A DNA stretch of 64,000 nt from a virus, in IMG/VR virus record IMGVR_UViG_3300045988_109352. One strand, 5' to 3'. The position numbers were made by a program, and so were the translations under genes. Each line of letters begins with the position of its first letter. The first letter of the stretch is position 1. The notes under the pieces were generated by a model. That model did not search any database. It was given only the letters and a program-made list of their open reading frames with translations, and had not been told where the DNA came from. Below, in pieces: positions 36,396 through 46,455 of the stretch.

Positions 36396-36832
36396 CCTTT
36401 GAAATAGGTTACTTTACCATTACTCCCATCAGTGCGGACATCCAAATGTACCCAAGTGACATCTTGTTCCAATCGTACCGGATAAGGGAGAAGTATCTGA
36501 TTTGCCTTAATCCAATTACGAACTTCCAAAGCGGTCATTCCCTTCACATCAAAGTCCAGCGCAGTTCCTTGTAGATGTGCAGACACATACACCTTTTCCA
36601 ATCGTGTCTTTTCAGCTACTAATTGGCACACATTACAGCGCAGTCCTCTTTGTGTCAGACTTCCTCCCGAATGCCAAGTATTGACAGTTATAGGCTTGCC
36701 AAGCTTTTCTCGTATGACACACATTGTTTCAAGCAGCCGTGGGTCAAAAAACGTCCACGCCATTTCTCCAAACTTGTTATATACATGCTTGCAAACAAGC
36801 TCTTTGATATTGAAATAGTTCTTTATATTCAT
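36392..36832 (-). CDS. endolysin, Peptidase M15 (zinc D-Ala-D-Ala carboxypeptidase/L-Ala-D-Glu peptidase fold)
   Basis: SAHLQGTALDFDV (SxHxxGxAxD) and VTWVHLDVR supply the His/Asp/His zinc ligands. Confidence 0.8.
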   Translation of the reverse strand: MNIKNYFNIKELVCKHVYNKFGEMAWTFFDPRLLETMCVIREKLGKPITVNTWHSGGSLTQRGLRCNVCQLVAEKTRLEKVYVSAHLQGTALDFDVKGMTALEVRNWIKANQILLPYPVRLEQDVTWVHLDVRTDGSNGKVTYFKG

Positions 36833-36834
36833 AA

Positions 36835-37227
36835 TCAGTCCTCCTTCTTTTCATTCTTTTCACAGCCTCTACATTCTTCACATTCATGTGCCATATCAAA
36901 CTTTGCTTGCTTTAACAGCACCGGACATTCTTCGCTTGGTACTTTGCAAATGTATGCTTGCCGTATAGAGATAACTTTTTCTTCATACTTCTTTTTCAGT
37001 TCTGAAAGGTCGTTTTCAATACGGGTTACTTCCTTGTTCACATACGTCTGTATGTTACTGTAGCTTTTCTCCATTATTGATATTGACTTTTCAAGGTTCG
37101 TAATCTCAACTGTCCGAGCCTCTGCCATCGCTTTCTTGCGAGAAGGTTTCATATTTACAAGTGAAACTATTCCACCTAAGAAACCTCCTCCTCCAAGTAT
37201 TGATACTAAAATCTGCGTCCAATCCAT
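36835..37227 (-). CDS. holin candidate / membrane-anchored coiled-coil protein
   Basis: One N-terminal TM (ILVSILGGGGFLGGIVSLV), coiled coil, Cys-rich tail. Immediately upstream of the endolysin. Confidence 0.35.
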   Translation of the reverse strand: MDWTQILVSILGGGGFLGGIVSLVNMKPSRKKAMAEARTVEITNLEKSISIMEKSYSNIQTYVNKEVTRIENDLSELKKKYEEKVISIRQAYICKVPSEECPVLLKQAKFDMAHECEECRGCEKNEKKED

Positions 37228-37239
37228 GATATTATTATT

Positions 37240-38769
37240 TTAAACGTTGCTACTGTAAGTAGTTTTATTAGGAGTTTCGATAATCTCTGTATTGTTGTTC
37301 TTGCTTATCCGTTCAGCTTTTTCAGCTTGCTTGATAGCATCTTCTTCCTCTTGCTTCTTCTCTCTTTCTACTCGGTCAAGTTCATCCGGTGCAGAAGACG
37401 GAGATTCTTCAATCAATGTTTGTCGGGAAATCCATTTAGATTCCATAGCTAAGTTGGTAATCTTAGTATTGTTGGTTTCCATGCTCCAAATATTCAGCTT
37501 GGCTTTAATCTTCAAATCTGTATAAGCATTAGTCTGGTCTTCTTCCAATCCTAACATCTCTTGGAAGAGATAGGTTATCTCATTGATAGAATCAGACCAA
37601 TCAGCAACACTTTGAGTAGCCAACGCAATATCATTACGCATAGACAATGCAATACCGTTGCCACCGCTTCCAGTATTAGTGATATCCTTTGGAGTGATAA
37701 AGCTGACAGATGAAGCAATTGAAACTTGTTCCAGCAAATATTCCAGATAAGCAATCATACTTTCCGGCTCTGGGAACTCCAAAGTCTTTGCTTCTGTCTT
37801 GTAGCTTGAACCTTCGTCTGCCGGGAGATTGATAACCAATGTGCCGTTATCTCGCTTGAAACTGTCTTCATTCATTTCCCCTTTTAAGACTAATCCCCAA
37901 GTACCAAACCGCTTTAATGTCACAGCATGTATATTTGTAAGCAATTCAATTATCTCAATTATACTTTGAGAATATTCCCAAGCTACTTTGCCTCTATGGT
38001 AGACAAGAGGATTACGGCTAAACCCATGAAGAATCCTTTCAGTAACCCATCCATTATTGGTAGGTTCTCCTTCTTTGCTTCGTATTGAACGATAAAGGTA
38101 CTTATCATCGAATGTATCAATGACTTCTGTCAAATCATCTATCTTATAAAATAAGGAGCGTGAAATTTCTTCTCCATATTCATTGTAGTTGGGTATGACA
38201 GAATATCCATCATCATAGGAATAGACTTTAACTGTTCCCTTTTTCTTTATAGGGTCAAATTTGAATAGTACGCCAGCATCGCCAACCTTCTTCTGCTTGG
38301 ATATTAGTTCGTACTTGATTTGCTCCATATTCCTCATGTTCCATTCCAGCTTGAAGTTCTGAAACTTCTTACTGATGGTATCGTTCTTCTCTATATTACA
38401 GAGATTAAAAGAAATAGGATTAGCAGTAAGATGAAGCACATGTGCCGCATGAATATTCTTTTGCAAAGAAACTGTCAGCACAAGTTCATCTATGACTATA
38501 TCAGTATCTCCAACTCTGACTGCAATCTTAGGAATTGAATTATTATACTTTATATTGTGTAGAGAAGGGTCGTACTCTCTCAGATAGAGGTCTTGTGAAA
38601 CCTCTTGCAATGTCAAGTCGCTCAACTGGGCAGTTGATTTTTGGTTAAGTGTAACATCACCAATATAAGTTTTACACGACTGAAATTTTCCACCTCTTGT
38701 AAAAGGCTTCTTCAATAACAGCCGCGTTGGTTCTGACAAATACCAATCAATGTTTTTTCTCGTTATCAT
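37240..38769 (-). CDS. portal protein
   Basis: 509 aa directly downstream of TerL. YDPSLHNI-type motif and an acidic C-terminal tail fit SPP1-like portals. Confidence 0.7.
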   Translation of the reverse strand: MITRKNIDWYLSEPTRLLLKKPFTRGGKFQSCKTYIGDVTLNQKSTAQLSDLTLQEVSQDLYLREYDPSLHNIKYNNSIPKIAVRVGDTDIVIDELVLTVSLQKNIHAAHVLHLTANPISFNLCNIEKNDTISKKFQNFKLEWNMRNMEQIKYELISKQKKVGDAGVLFKFDPIKKKGTVKVYSYDDGYSVIPNYNEYGEEISRSLFYKIDDLTEVIDTFDDKYLYRSIRSKEGEPTNNGWVTERILHGFSRNPLVYHRGKVAWEYSQSIIEIIELLTNIHAVTLKRFGTWGLVLKGEMNEDSFKRDNGTLVINLPADEGSSYKTEAKTLEFPEPESMIAYLEYLLEQVSIASSVSFITPKDITNTGSGGNGIALSMRNDIALATQSVADWSDSINEITYLFQEMLGLEEDQTNAYTDLKIKAKLNIWSMETNNTKITNLAMESKWISRQTLIEESPSSAPDELDRVEREKKQEEEDAIKQAEKAERISKNNNTEIIETPNKTTYSSNV

Positions 38770-38771
38770 TT

Positions 38772-40526
38772 TTATATGCTGCTTAAAATTTTCAATATCT
38801 TATCTGAATTAGTAATCTTTCCTCTCTCCCTTGTTGGTTGTGCAGTACCATTTACTTGGTTCATTATATCTTCAAGAGATAATTTCCTTCTCAATTCTCC
38901 ACCAGTAGCACCAGCCAATTCCCTATAACAGTCATAACACAATCCCCCACAAAGCATAATGATATTGTCTGTAAGGTCGGGAGAAAAGCCTTTTATCAGA
39001 GCATGTTGTTCCTTCTTTCCTTCAAACTGTATTCTTCCCGAAGGCAAGCGTTTAAATTTGAATATTCTACTCTCAAATTGCATTTGCTTTAAGACAGTAG
39101 TGGAGCCTTCACGCTTTAGCTTCTGATGTGTATATCTCATTTTAGCAAGCTGTCTGTCATAGGTTATCAATCCAGCCTTTATCATTTGGGTAGCAAGGTG
39201 TGCAGCTTCATCTTTAAACCTTTCATACAGTTTCTTTCCCTTAGCAGTTGCGGCAATCGCTCCGGAGAATGCGACACCTCCACCATTTGCTGGTACAAGA
39301 TTGAAAATCTCTTTTAAGAAACCGTTACCTTGCACATCAATGATTAGCTCTTTATCAGTCAATCCATGCTTAACCATAAACTGCTTAATCATCTTTACAG
39401 CTTCAAGATTAGAGTTTTTCATGGAATATTGCATATCGTCACAATGGAAACCTACCCAATGCTTCATTACAAAGTTATCCTCCCCAGTAGTTGCCATATC
39501 CACGGTAATACGTTCCTTCTTACACTTACATGGAGAAACATGAGTAAACATGTTGAGAATATCATCCTCTGTCACTTCGGAAAGATTATCCTCCTCTTCT
39601 TCTTTTTCGTCTTGTATAGAGAAATTCCAATTAGGTTCATACATTGAATCTGCAAGCACAGATGTTGCAGCCATAGCACGATACCCCTTGTTTGCTTTAA
39701 GCATGGCTTGGTTATCTCTTACATCAAAAGTAAAGAATACCATGCTCATAATAAAGTCCTCATAAGACATATCCGGGTCAATCTGCAAAAGGTTATCTAT
39801 AATGTCTTTGCATTTAGAATAAACCTCTTCCTTAGTATTTCCCCAATAGACTTCATCCAAGTTACCCTTTACAATGTGGAAGAACCGAACAACTCCATTC
39901 ATTTCTTTAATGGGTTTTCCATCATCTCCAATCCATCCACCACCATTCTTGCCACAGCCACATAGCTTACGTATGAAGCATTCACGTTCCGGATTTTGAG
40001 CAAGATATATTTGAGCTTTACCCTTAGTGTTTGCACGCAGACGGGTTTGACAAGTAGAAATAGTCCTCCATTCAAATTTATTGCATTCCTCAAAGATAGC
40101 CTTCTTGAATTGTAATCCTTTGAATATCTTATCTATTACAGTAGGACTTTCATTATTTAACTGCTGGAATTTAATTTCAGAGCTATTGAAAAACTTCACA
40201 CCCATATCATCTTGAACCTTAATGACTTCTCCAATAGGTTCTCTTGGTTGTATTCTGAAACGTCTATCAATAAGCGGATATATTTCTTTAAGACCATCCA
40301 CTACTTTACCAGCGTCAAAAAAGTCACCAACATTACGCATGAACCATACAGCTTTTGCCCCTTGGTTTTCATATAGATATGAAATTGGAGCATAACCTAA
40401 TGTAAATGATTTTCCTCCACCACCACTACCAGTAAGCACAACATAGTCAGCATTGCTTCGGATGGCTTCATATTGGCAACCCGGCAATGGACTAACAATT
40501 TTGTCTTTCTGTATTTTCTCGCTCAT
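38772..40526 (-). CDS. terL: terminase large subunit
   Basis: 584 aa. Walker A VVLTGSGGGGKSFTLG. Size and position next to the portal. Confidence 0.85.
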   Translation of the reverse strand: MSEKIQKDKIVSPLPGCQYEAIRSNADYVVLTGSGGGGKSFTLGYAPISYLYENQGAKAVWFMRNVGDFFDAGKVVDGLKEIYPLIDRRFRIQPREPIGEVIKVQDDMGVKFFNSSEIKFQQLNNESPTVIDKIFKGLQFKKAIFEECNKFEWRTISTCQTRLRANTKGKAQIYLAQNPERECFIRKLCGCGKNGGGWIGDDGKPIKEMNGVVRFFHIVKGNLDEVYWGNTKEEVYSKCKDIIDNLLQIDPDMSYEDFIMSMVFFTFDVRDNQAMLKANKGYRAMAATSVLADSMYEPNWNFSIQDEKEEEEDNLSEVTEDDILNMFTHVSPCKCKKERITVDMATTGEDNFVMKHWVGFHCDDMQYSMKNSNLEAVKMIKQFMVKHGLTDKELIIDVQGNGFLKEIFNLVPANGGGVAFSGAIAATAKGKKLYERFKDEAAHLATQMIKAGLITYDRQLAKMRYTHQKLKREGSTTVLKQMQFESRIFKFKRLPSGRIQFEGKKEQHALIKGFSPDLTDNIIMLCGGLCYDCYRELAGATGGELRRKLSLEDIMNQVNGTAQPTRERGKITNSDKILKILSSI

Positions 40527-40546
40527 AATGGTTCTTTATTTTTCTA

Positions 40547-40554
40547 CAAAAATA
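40547..40554 (-). promoter_or_regulatory. -7 promoter box (TATTTTTG on minus strand) upstream of terL
   Basis: Exact TAnnTTTG 21 nt upstream of ATG 40526. Confidence 0.45.
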
Positions 40555-40662
40555 CGCAATCTAAGCTTCGATATATGCCACTTATCGAAAAACAAGCTAC
40601 ATACCTTAAAATAAATATGCTACTTTTTCGATAACCACAGTATGAGTAATGAAAAAGCTATT

Positions 40663-40670
40663 TATTTTTG
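40663..40670 (+). promoter_or_regulatory. -7 promoter box TATTTTTG for the head/tail operon
   Basis: Exact TAnnTTTG 29 nt upstream of ATG 40699. Confidence 0.5.
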
Positions 40671-40698
40671 TTCAAAATAATAAAATCATTGACGAACA

Positions 40699-41343
40699 AT
40701 GGCACAAAAAAAAGAAGTTTTATCTAAAGTTAATCAGATTTGCGAAGAACGTAATTTTGATTTGAGTGAAACATTCAGAGATAAGTTCTCTGAGAAATTT
40801 GCAGAAGCTTACAAGGATGCTCCGATTGAAGATGCTGGCTTAGTAGCCGCATTGAATATTTCAGTTGAAAGTAGCGGACATGCAAGAAAGAACGCATTCT
40901 CAGAAGCGACTAAGGGATTTGAAGCTAAGGAAGCTGAATATAAATCTCAGATTGAAGAATGGAAGAAAAAGGCTGAAAAAGGTAATGATGATGAAGAAGG
41001 CAATCAAGAGCCTCCGAAATTTGAGTTGCCTGCCGAGTACAAAGAGAAACTTGATAGGCTGGAAAAGTTTGAATTGCAAGAGAAAACGAAGTCTGTTCGC
41101 AATCAGATATACGATACAGCCAAGTCTAAGGTGAGGGAAGATTTACATGAATCTTTTCGTAACTATCTTGGTAAGCAGAATATCGCAATTGATGCTGATG
41201 TTAATGCCGAGGCAGAAAGACTGCTGAAAGATTATCAAGATATATTCAGAAGCTCTATTGGTGATATTACACCATTATCTCCCGACGGAAAGAAAACAAC
41301 GATGGAAGATTACCTTGCTGCCATAAAACCCGTCAAACTTTAA
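40699..41343 (+). CDS. scaffolding protein
   Basis: 214 aa, highly charged coiled coil, first gene of the head module upstream of the capsid gene. Confidence 0.6.
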   Translation: MAQKKEVLSKVNQICEERNFDLSETFRDKFSEKFAEAYKDAPIEDAGLVAALNISVESSGHARKNAFSEATKGFEAKEAEYKSQIEEWKKKAEKGNDDEEGNQEPPKFELPAEYKEKLDRLEKFELQEKTKSVRNQIYDTAKSKVREDLHESFRNYLGKQNIAIDADVNAEAERLLKDYQDIFRSSIGDITPLSPDGKKTTMEDYLAAIKPVKL

Positions 41344-41356
41344 ATAACAAAAGAAA

Positions 41357-42055
41357 ATGGCACAATTTAATTTAGAAACCTTCTTTGCTTCCGCTAAACA
41401 ATTTAGAGGTGGCAAGTTCGTATGGTGGAAGGACGCCAATCACGAGGAACGTTCTAACGTCCTCTATGGCTCTACCATTGCAAACCCGTATAAGGGTTTT
41501 GGCTATGCTTTTGCGGCTGACTTGTACGAATACAGATTGTGGAAACCGGGTTTCCTTCTGAAAACGTTTAAGGTGGCAAAGGCTACGACTGCTGGTACAG
41601 ACACTACTTTACATGTAGATGGTTCTGGCTATTCTCACATTCCCGAAGTAGGCAATGTACTTATGAAAGCTCCCGATACAGTTGAAACTACGGGACAGTC
41701 TGGTAAGGTTACATCTGTTGAGTTCGATGAAGAGAATAAGCAGTTTATTCTTACTGTTGACACTGCAATCGGTGCTCTGACTACTGATGATATTTTGGTT
41801 GAAGCTGCTAATAGCAATGGTGACGTTGCAACTGCTGCTGCTGCCGACGCTACTGTGTTGGTTAAAAACCCGAATACCTTCATCGAAGCAGATACACAGT
41901 TCGCTCCGACTGATGGTCGCTGGGGAGTTACTGATGTTCAGCACAACATCAACACTGTTTATGGAAAGCGTGCATTTGTTGACCGTATGCAACCGCTTCC
42001 GAAGTATGTATTGGCTAAGAACCGCAACTACATCGAAGGTGTATTTGAAATCTAA
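41357..42055 (+). CDS. head-associated protein (decoration/auxiliary capsid protein, tentative)
   Basis: 232 aa between scaffold and major capsid gene. Call rests on position only. Confidence 0.35.
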   Translation: MAQFNLETFFASAKQFRGGKFVWWKDANHEERSNVLYGSTIANPYKGFGYAFAADLYEYRLWKPGFLLKTFKVAKATTAGTDTTLHVDGSGYSHIPEVGNVLMKAPDTVETTGQSGKVTSVEFDEENKQFILTVDTAIGALTTDDILVEAANSNGDVATAAAADATVLVKNPNTFIEADTQFAPTDGRWGVTDVQHNINTVYGKRAFVDRMQPLPKYVLAKNRNYIEGVFEI

Positions 42056-42072
42056 AGGAAAGGAGTAGAATT

Positions 42073-43320
42073 ATGGCAAACGCATATAAATATCAATTTA
42101 ATCCCGACGAGTTAGTAAACCAACTCTATCAAAGAGGATTGGTAAACCCTGACGGTACGAGCGCATTTATTCAGACGCTCGTTGACGAGAAAATCGTCAT
42201 GGATGCAAACCAGTTCTTTTGGCAGGAACACTTCACTGTTGATGGTGGTAAGTACCCTATTGACATGAGCCGCCCGAAGCTTGACCCTGCTTATACTATC
42301 TATAATGTTACTCGCCGCCCCGTTCCGATGGCTGATGCAATGACACCGTTGAGTGAAGTTGCTCAGATGGATAACGAAGGCTGGGAACAGAGAACTGGTA
42401 CTATCCCTCAGTTCGGTAAAGGCTTGTTTGAAACTTCTCTTTCAAAAGAGGAATTGAAAGCACGCTTGAATGAACTTGGTGAAGCTAATGCTACTTTGTT
42501 GGAAGGTTATGTACGTGGTGTTGCTGACTTGATTAAGACACACAACTACCGTCTTTCTAACATTGCCGCACAAGCTTTGTCTAAGGGAGGTCAGTACAGC
42601 AATGCTGATTCTCGTGGTATGTCCGGTGTCGTACATGAGTTCCCGAAGTATGTGCCTACTGAAAACTTTGTTAAGGCTGGTAAGGAAGTATGGACGAACG
42701 CAGAAGCTAACATTCCGGAACAAATGGCAAAGATTGAGAAAGATTTCCGTGACCGTACTGGATTTACTGGTACAATGGAATGGGATTTGCCGTATGACAT
42801 GGTTATCACTCACTTGCTGAACAACAAATACTTCAAGGAAGAAGTTAACCGTTGGATTCGCTTGTATGCGCCCGATAAGGTTATTGTTGTTACTAATGGT
42901 GCTTCTGGCATTGATACTAACATCATTTCTTGGGAGCAGCTTATTCAGTATTCTCGTTCTTCTGTATCTAAGATTTCTCCTATCCGCATTGTGAAAGAGG
43001 AACAAGTGGTACAAGACATCAAAACGATTAAGACTGTACAAGGATGGAAGGCTGGCGTAGCAGTTCTGCGTCCTATTGGCTTTGCTGGTCGTGTTGTTCA
43101 CTCTGATGTTGCCGATGTTATCTTGTTGCAGCGTGAAGCAAACAAGACGATTGACTATTCAATCGCTTCTGCACAGAATGACTTGTTTTATATTATCAAC
43201 AAGGTAGTTCCTAACGGTATCTACAAGGCATATCATACTGATGCTATCGGTCGTTATATGCCAGTGTTGACCGAGTTTATGGAACACATTGTTGTTGATA
43301 CTTTGACTGCTGATTCTTAA
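42073..43320 (+). CDS. major capsid protein
   Basis: 415 aa. Position after the scaffold and before the connector genes. Confidence 0.6.
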   Translation: MANAYKYQFNPDELVNQLYQRGLVNPDGTSAFIQTLVDEKIVMDANQFFWQEHFTVDGGKYPIDMSRPKLDPAYTIYNVTRRPVPMADAMTPLSEVAQMDNEGWEQRTGTIPQFGKGLFETSLSKEELKARLNELGEANATLLEGYVRGVADLIKTHNYRLSNIAAQALSKGGQYSNADSRGMSGVVHEFPKYVPTENFVKAGKEVWTNAEANIPEQMAKIEKDFRDRTGFTGTMEWDLPYDMVITHLLNNKYFKEEVNRWIRLYAPDKVIVVTNGASGIDTNIISWEQLIQYSRSSVSKISPIRIVKEEQVVQDIKTIKTVQGWKAGVAVLRPIGFAGRVVHSDVADVILLQREANKTIDYSIASAQNDLFYIINKVVPNGIYKAYHTDAIGRYMPVLTEFMEHIVVDTLTADS

Positions 43321-43336
43321 ACTTGGAGGGTTATAT

Positions 43337-43708
43337 ATGACTATACTTGAATGGCTTTCTTCATCTTGTCGGTATTCGTTTGAGGAGAATACATTTATGA
43401 GAATTGCTCTTGACCGCGGCATCACAGATGTAAACGAGGATGCTATGACGTTGACCCAAGAGCAAAAGGATTTAATGACTGCCGATATAATATTTACCGC
43501 AGTGTTGTTAAGCCCTTCAAGTACAGCATCTCAATCTGCCTCTCATAATAACTTCCAGCGTACAGTTGGGTCAGAGACGGACATCTATCAGAGTAATAAA
43601 ATAAGTTATGCTTTGGGCATATATAAGAGATACAATGACCCTAATTACGAGGTTCTTATCTCTGCTCGTCCAAAGATTAAACTCTTGAAAATTATAGATG
43701 TGATATGA
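43337..43708 (+). CDS. head-tail connector/adaptor (tentative)
   Basis: 123 aa. Position only. Confidence 0.4.
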   Translation: MTILEWLSSSCRYSFEENTFMRIALDRGITDVNEDAMTLTQEQKDLMTADIIFTAVLLSPSSTASQSASHNNFQRTVGSETDIYQSNKISYALGIYKRYNDPNYEVLISARPKIKLLKIIDVI

Positions 43709-44049
43709 TTTCATTCAGTGACATAGAAGAATTTCCTTTTTCGGGACGTATATACAGAATCATCGAAAGTTCTATGGGCGACGATGAAGAAGATACCGTC
43801 TACGAAGGAGTAATGGACGTGAATCTTTCTGTTGCTGAATCCGGTTCGACCGCTCAAACAAGCGACTACGTTGTTTCTATTCCTTTGATAAAAGGAGAGG
43901 ACGGGAAGTACATCAATCCAGTACGTAATGAGGATTGGATAGAATGTGATGTTATGGGAGAGCAAATTAAGATGCAAGTTGATAACAGCATACCTTCGAT
44001 GTTAGGTGCTATAACTATATATGCAAATAGAAAAGGCGGATGGCGATAA
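43705..44049 (+). CDS. head-tail joining protein (tentative)
   Basis: 114 aa, ATGA coupling. Position only. Confidence 0.4.
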   Translation: MISFSDIEEFPFSGRIYRIIESSMGDDEEDTVYEGVMDVNLSVAESGSTAQTSDYVVSIPLIKGEDGKYINPVRNEDWIECDVMGEQIKMQVDNSIPSMLGAITIYANRKGGWR

Positions 44050-44534
44050 AAGTAAAAGTTGATTTGAGTGGTTTGAAAAGGGTTCGGCAAGAACTGTTTG
44101 ACAGACTTGCTGGCGAGCAAACCCAGCGACTAATAGCCTATGCACCCGAATTGTTGAAGAAAGCATATTCTGAAAGCGGATTTACCGACCAGACTTACAA
44201 CTTGGCTGATAGTTATATTTGGGCTGTGTTCTATCAAGGCAATTTGAAGGGGAGTGGCTACTTGTATCCGTATCAGATGGCAACTAAAAACTCAAAGTAT
44301 CATGGCAAGCTGATAGATGGAAGAAAGCTTGCTGACGAGTTCTTGGCAAACTATACTCCTGCCACTTATATAGGATGGGATTTGGTGCTGGCAGCAACAG
44401 TGCCTTATGCTCCTATATTGGAAGGAGGAAATACTGGAAATCCAAGACGAAGGTTTGAGGTGTTATCAACCATATATGACGATATTAAGGAAGATTTTGC
44501 AGGGAAGGCAACTGTTAAAACAATAGGGATATGA
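44040..44534 (+). CDS. head-tail joining protein (tentative)
   Basis: 164 aa. Position only. Confidence 0.4.
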   Translation: MAIKVKVDLSGLKRVRQELFDRLAGEQTQRLIAYAPELLKKAYSESGFTDQTYNLADSYIWAVFYQGNLKGSGYLYPYQMATKNSKYHGKLIDGRKLADEFLANYTPATYIGWDLVLAATVPYAPILEGGNTGNPRRRFEVLSTIYDDIKEDFAGKATVKTIGI

Positions 44535-44647
44535 GCGTTCCGTTTCAAGAAAAAGTAATTGGTGAAAGATTATATCAAGTAATCAATAGAGGTGTAGTGG
44601 GGACACCATCAAGAATATATGAATATCCTTGTAAACAAATCACATGA
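44531..44647 (+). CDS. tiny ORF (38 aa) coupled at both ends
   Basis: Hand-translated MSVPFQEKVIGERLYQVINRGVVGTPSRIYEYPCKQIT. ATGA overlaps with both neighbours. Confidence 0.4.
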   Translation: MSVPFQEKVIGERLYQVINRGVVGTPSRIYEYPCKQIT

Positions 44648-45075
44648 GCGTGATTGATGCAAGGCGAATGCCGATATACCAATATGTTTATTCTCTCTTC
44701 ATAGATAAGGTTACAAAGTACATCTATCCGATGGAAATGCCTACCAAGTTGGAGGAGGAGATAAATGCTGGCGGTTTCATGGTTATCCGTCTGGGAGAAA
44801 TTAAGGATAAGAGCCAGTTCAACTTGAATGCTCTTGCGAGCGTTCGCGTGACAGTTGAGATGTATATTCCTCCCAAGACAAGAGGTCGGCTTGATACCAC
44901 CTTGCTGGAAAAGTATGAAACAAGTATATCCGACATTGTAAATGCAGAAGTTGAGAAAGCCGGAGAAAAATACGACATCTCAACTGACGGTATATTGTCA
45001 ACTGATGATATATATAATGAGAGCGACAATCTGTTCTTCATGTATATTAAATCATTTATAATCAACATAAAATAA
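44644..45075 (+). CDS. tail completion/terminator protein (tentative)
   Basis: 143 aa immediately upstream of the tube gene. Position only. Confidence 0.4.
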   Translation: MSVIDARRMPIYQYVYSLFIDKVTKYIYPMEMPTKLEEEINAGGFMVIRLGEIKDKSQFNLNALASVRVTVEMYIPPKTRGRLDTTLLEKYETSISDIVNAEVEKAGEKYDISTDGILSTDDIYNESDNLFFMYIKSFIINIK

Positions 45076-45095
45076 CTATTAAAAAATTAGACGAG

Positions 45096-45602
45096 ATGGC
45101 TACACAAGATTTGTTGACTTACAAATGTAAGTCTTTAGGCTATGCGGATGTCGGGGCTGGTGCAGAAGCTTCTTATACTCCTCTTATGGGTGTATTGGAA
45201 GGTCTGCAAATTTCCCAAGAAGCTGCGAGTGAAAGTGCTATTAACGGTGAGTTCTATGATACTCCGCTTGATAGCGTGGGTACACTTGGTTCTTACAAGA
45301 TTGAATTTGACTTGGTTAAGTACAAACCGGAAGAGATTGCCGCTATGGAAGGCGGTAAGTTTACCTCTTCTACTGGCATGTACACAATGCCTTCTTCATT
45401 CACCAACGTTTACAAGCAGTTCAAGTTAGAGTTCTACAATGGTATTGACTACATTGTTATTTACAAAGGTAAGATTGCTACCAATTGGGACGGTACTGAT
45501 TTGAAAACTGCTCCGTTGAAACTGCACATTGCTATCACTGCTTTGGTTGATAATGATGGCAAGACGGTCGAGATGAAGATGGCTGAACCTGGTGGAGGCT
45601 AA
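45096..45602 (+). CDS. major tail (tube) protein
   Basis: 168 aa. Precedes the chaperone pair and tape measure and is followed by a strong terminator. Confidence 0.55.
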   Translation: MATQDLLTYKCKSLGYADVGAGAEASYTPLMGVLEGLQISQEAASESAINGEFYDTPLDSVGTLGSYKIEFDLVKYKPEEIAAMEGGKFTSSTGMYTMPSSFTNVYKQFKLEFYNGIDYIVIYKGKIATNWDGTDLKTAPLKLHIAITALVDNDGKTVEMKMAEPGGG

Positions 45603-45623
45603 GACCCATTATAAATCAAGAGA

Positions 45624-45660
45624 AAGGGCAGTGGCTTGTTTGCTGCTGCCCTTTTTTCTT
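45624..45660 (+). terminator. intrinsic terminator after the tube gene
   Basis: GGGCAG (45626-45631) / CTGCCC (45646-45651) followed by TTTTTTCTTT. Confidence 0.65.
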
Positions 45661-45670
45661 TAATGCACAA

Positions 45671-46219
45671 ATGACAATGGAAGAAAAGGATTTGATTATA
45701 CCGGACGAGCTAAAGAGGGAAATATCAGAGATTATGACTGACAATCCTACGCTTGTCAAGTTAGGAGATAAGCAGTATAAGGTGCATCGGTTGAGGGCAT
45801 ACTCATACCAGCGTATTTTCCAATTAGCGTTGAAATTACAAAAGGAAGAGGATATTAAGGATGATAAGAGCATGATGTACGCTCTATGTACAGACTTGGA
45901 CGTAAGTTCCGAGATTGTAGCAATCATTCTTGTTAATCACCTCTTCTCACCAGATGATATAACCGATTATGCGAGTGCGATAGAAGTTATGAGCAGAAAT
46001 GACAAACTGATAGCTTTTATGAAGGCTCGTATTCTCAACTCCGTATTTGAGCCTGCTCAATGGGCGGCAATCATTATTGAGGCAATTAACAGCATCGACT
46101 TATCACCGGTTTTTACGGTGCTCATATCGGGGAAGGCTCTTATGGTTTCGCAGACGAATATGAGGAAGAAGGTAGCGGAACAATTAACATTATGGCGGCA
46201 AGCCAAATCGGAGATTTAG
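45671..46219 (+). CDS. tail assembly chaperone
   Basis: 182 aa directly upstream of the tape measure. Overlaps a -1 frame ORF, as in G/GT pairs. Confidence 0.55.
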   Translation: MTMEEKDLIIPDELKREISEIMTDNPTLVKLGDKQYKVHRLRAYSYQRIFQLALKLQKEEDIKDDKSMMYALCTDLDVSSEIVAIILVNHLFSPDDITDYASAIEVMSRNDKLIAFMKARILNSVFEPAQWAAIIIEAINSIDLSPVFTVLISGKALMVSQTNMRKKVAEQLTLWRQAKSEI

Positions 46220-46443
46220 GTGATTTCATACGTAGCTTTCCGCAGTTTACGTATGACGATTATCTTTATAGATTGTCTATGGCACAAGTTCTTTTCTTGA
46301 CAGTAGACAGCACCCATATCAAGTATTTGCGTGGCAAAGATAAAGAGATATGGGAGAAGTTTTGGAAACGACGTAAAAGTGATAGAAGTGAGTTGCAAGC
46401 ACCTAAACGTAGTGTGTTAGATACCATACCAAGAATAAAATAA
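46192..46443 (+). CDS. tail assembly chaperone extension (possible -1 frameshift product) or separate small gene
   Basis: The -1 frame is open from 46090 to 46443. No canonical slippery heptamer found. Confidence 0.4.
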   Translation: MAASQIGDLGDFIRSFPQFTYDDYLYRLSMAQVLFLTVDSTHIKYLRGKDKEIWEKFWKRRKSDRSELQAPKRSVLDTIPRIK

Positions 46444-46455
46444 AAAGTAGCAGCG

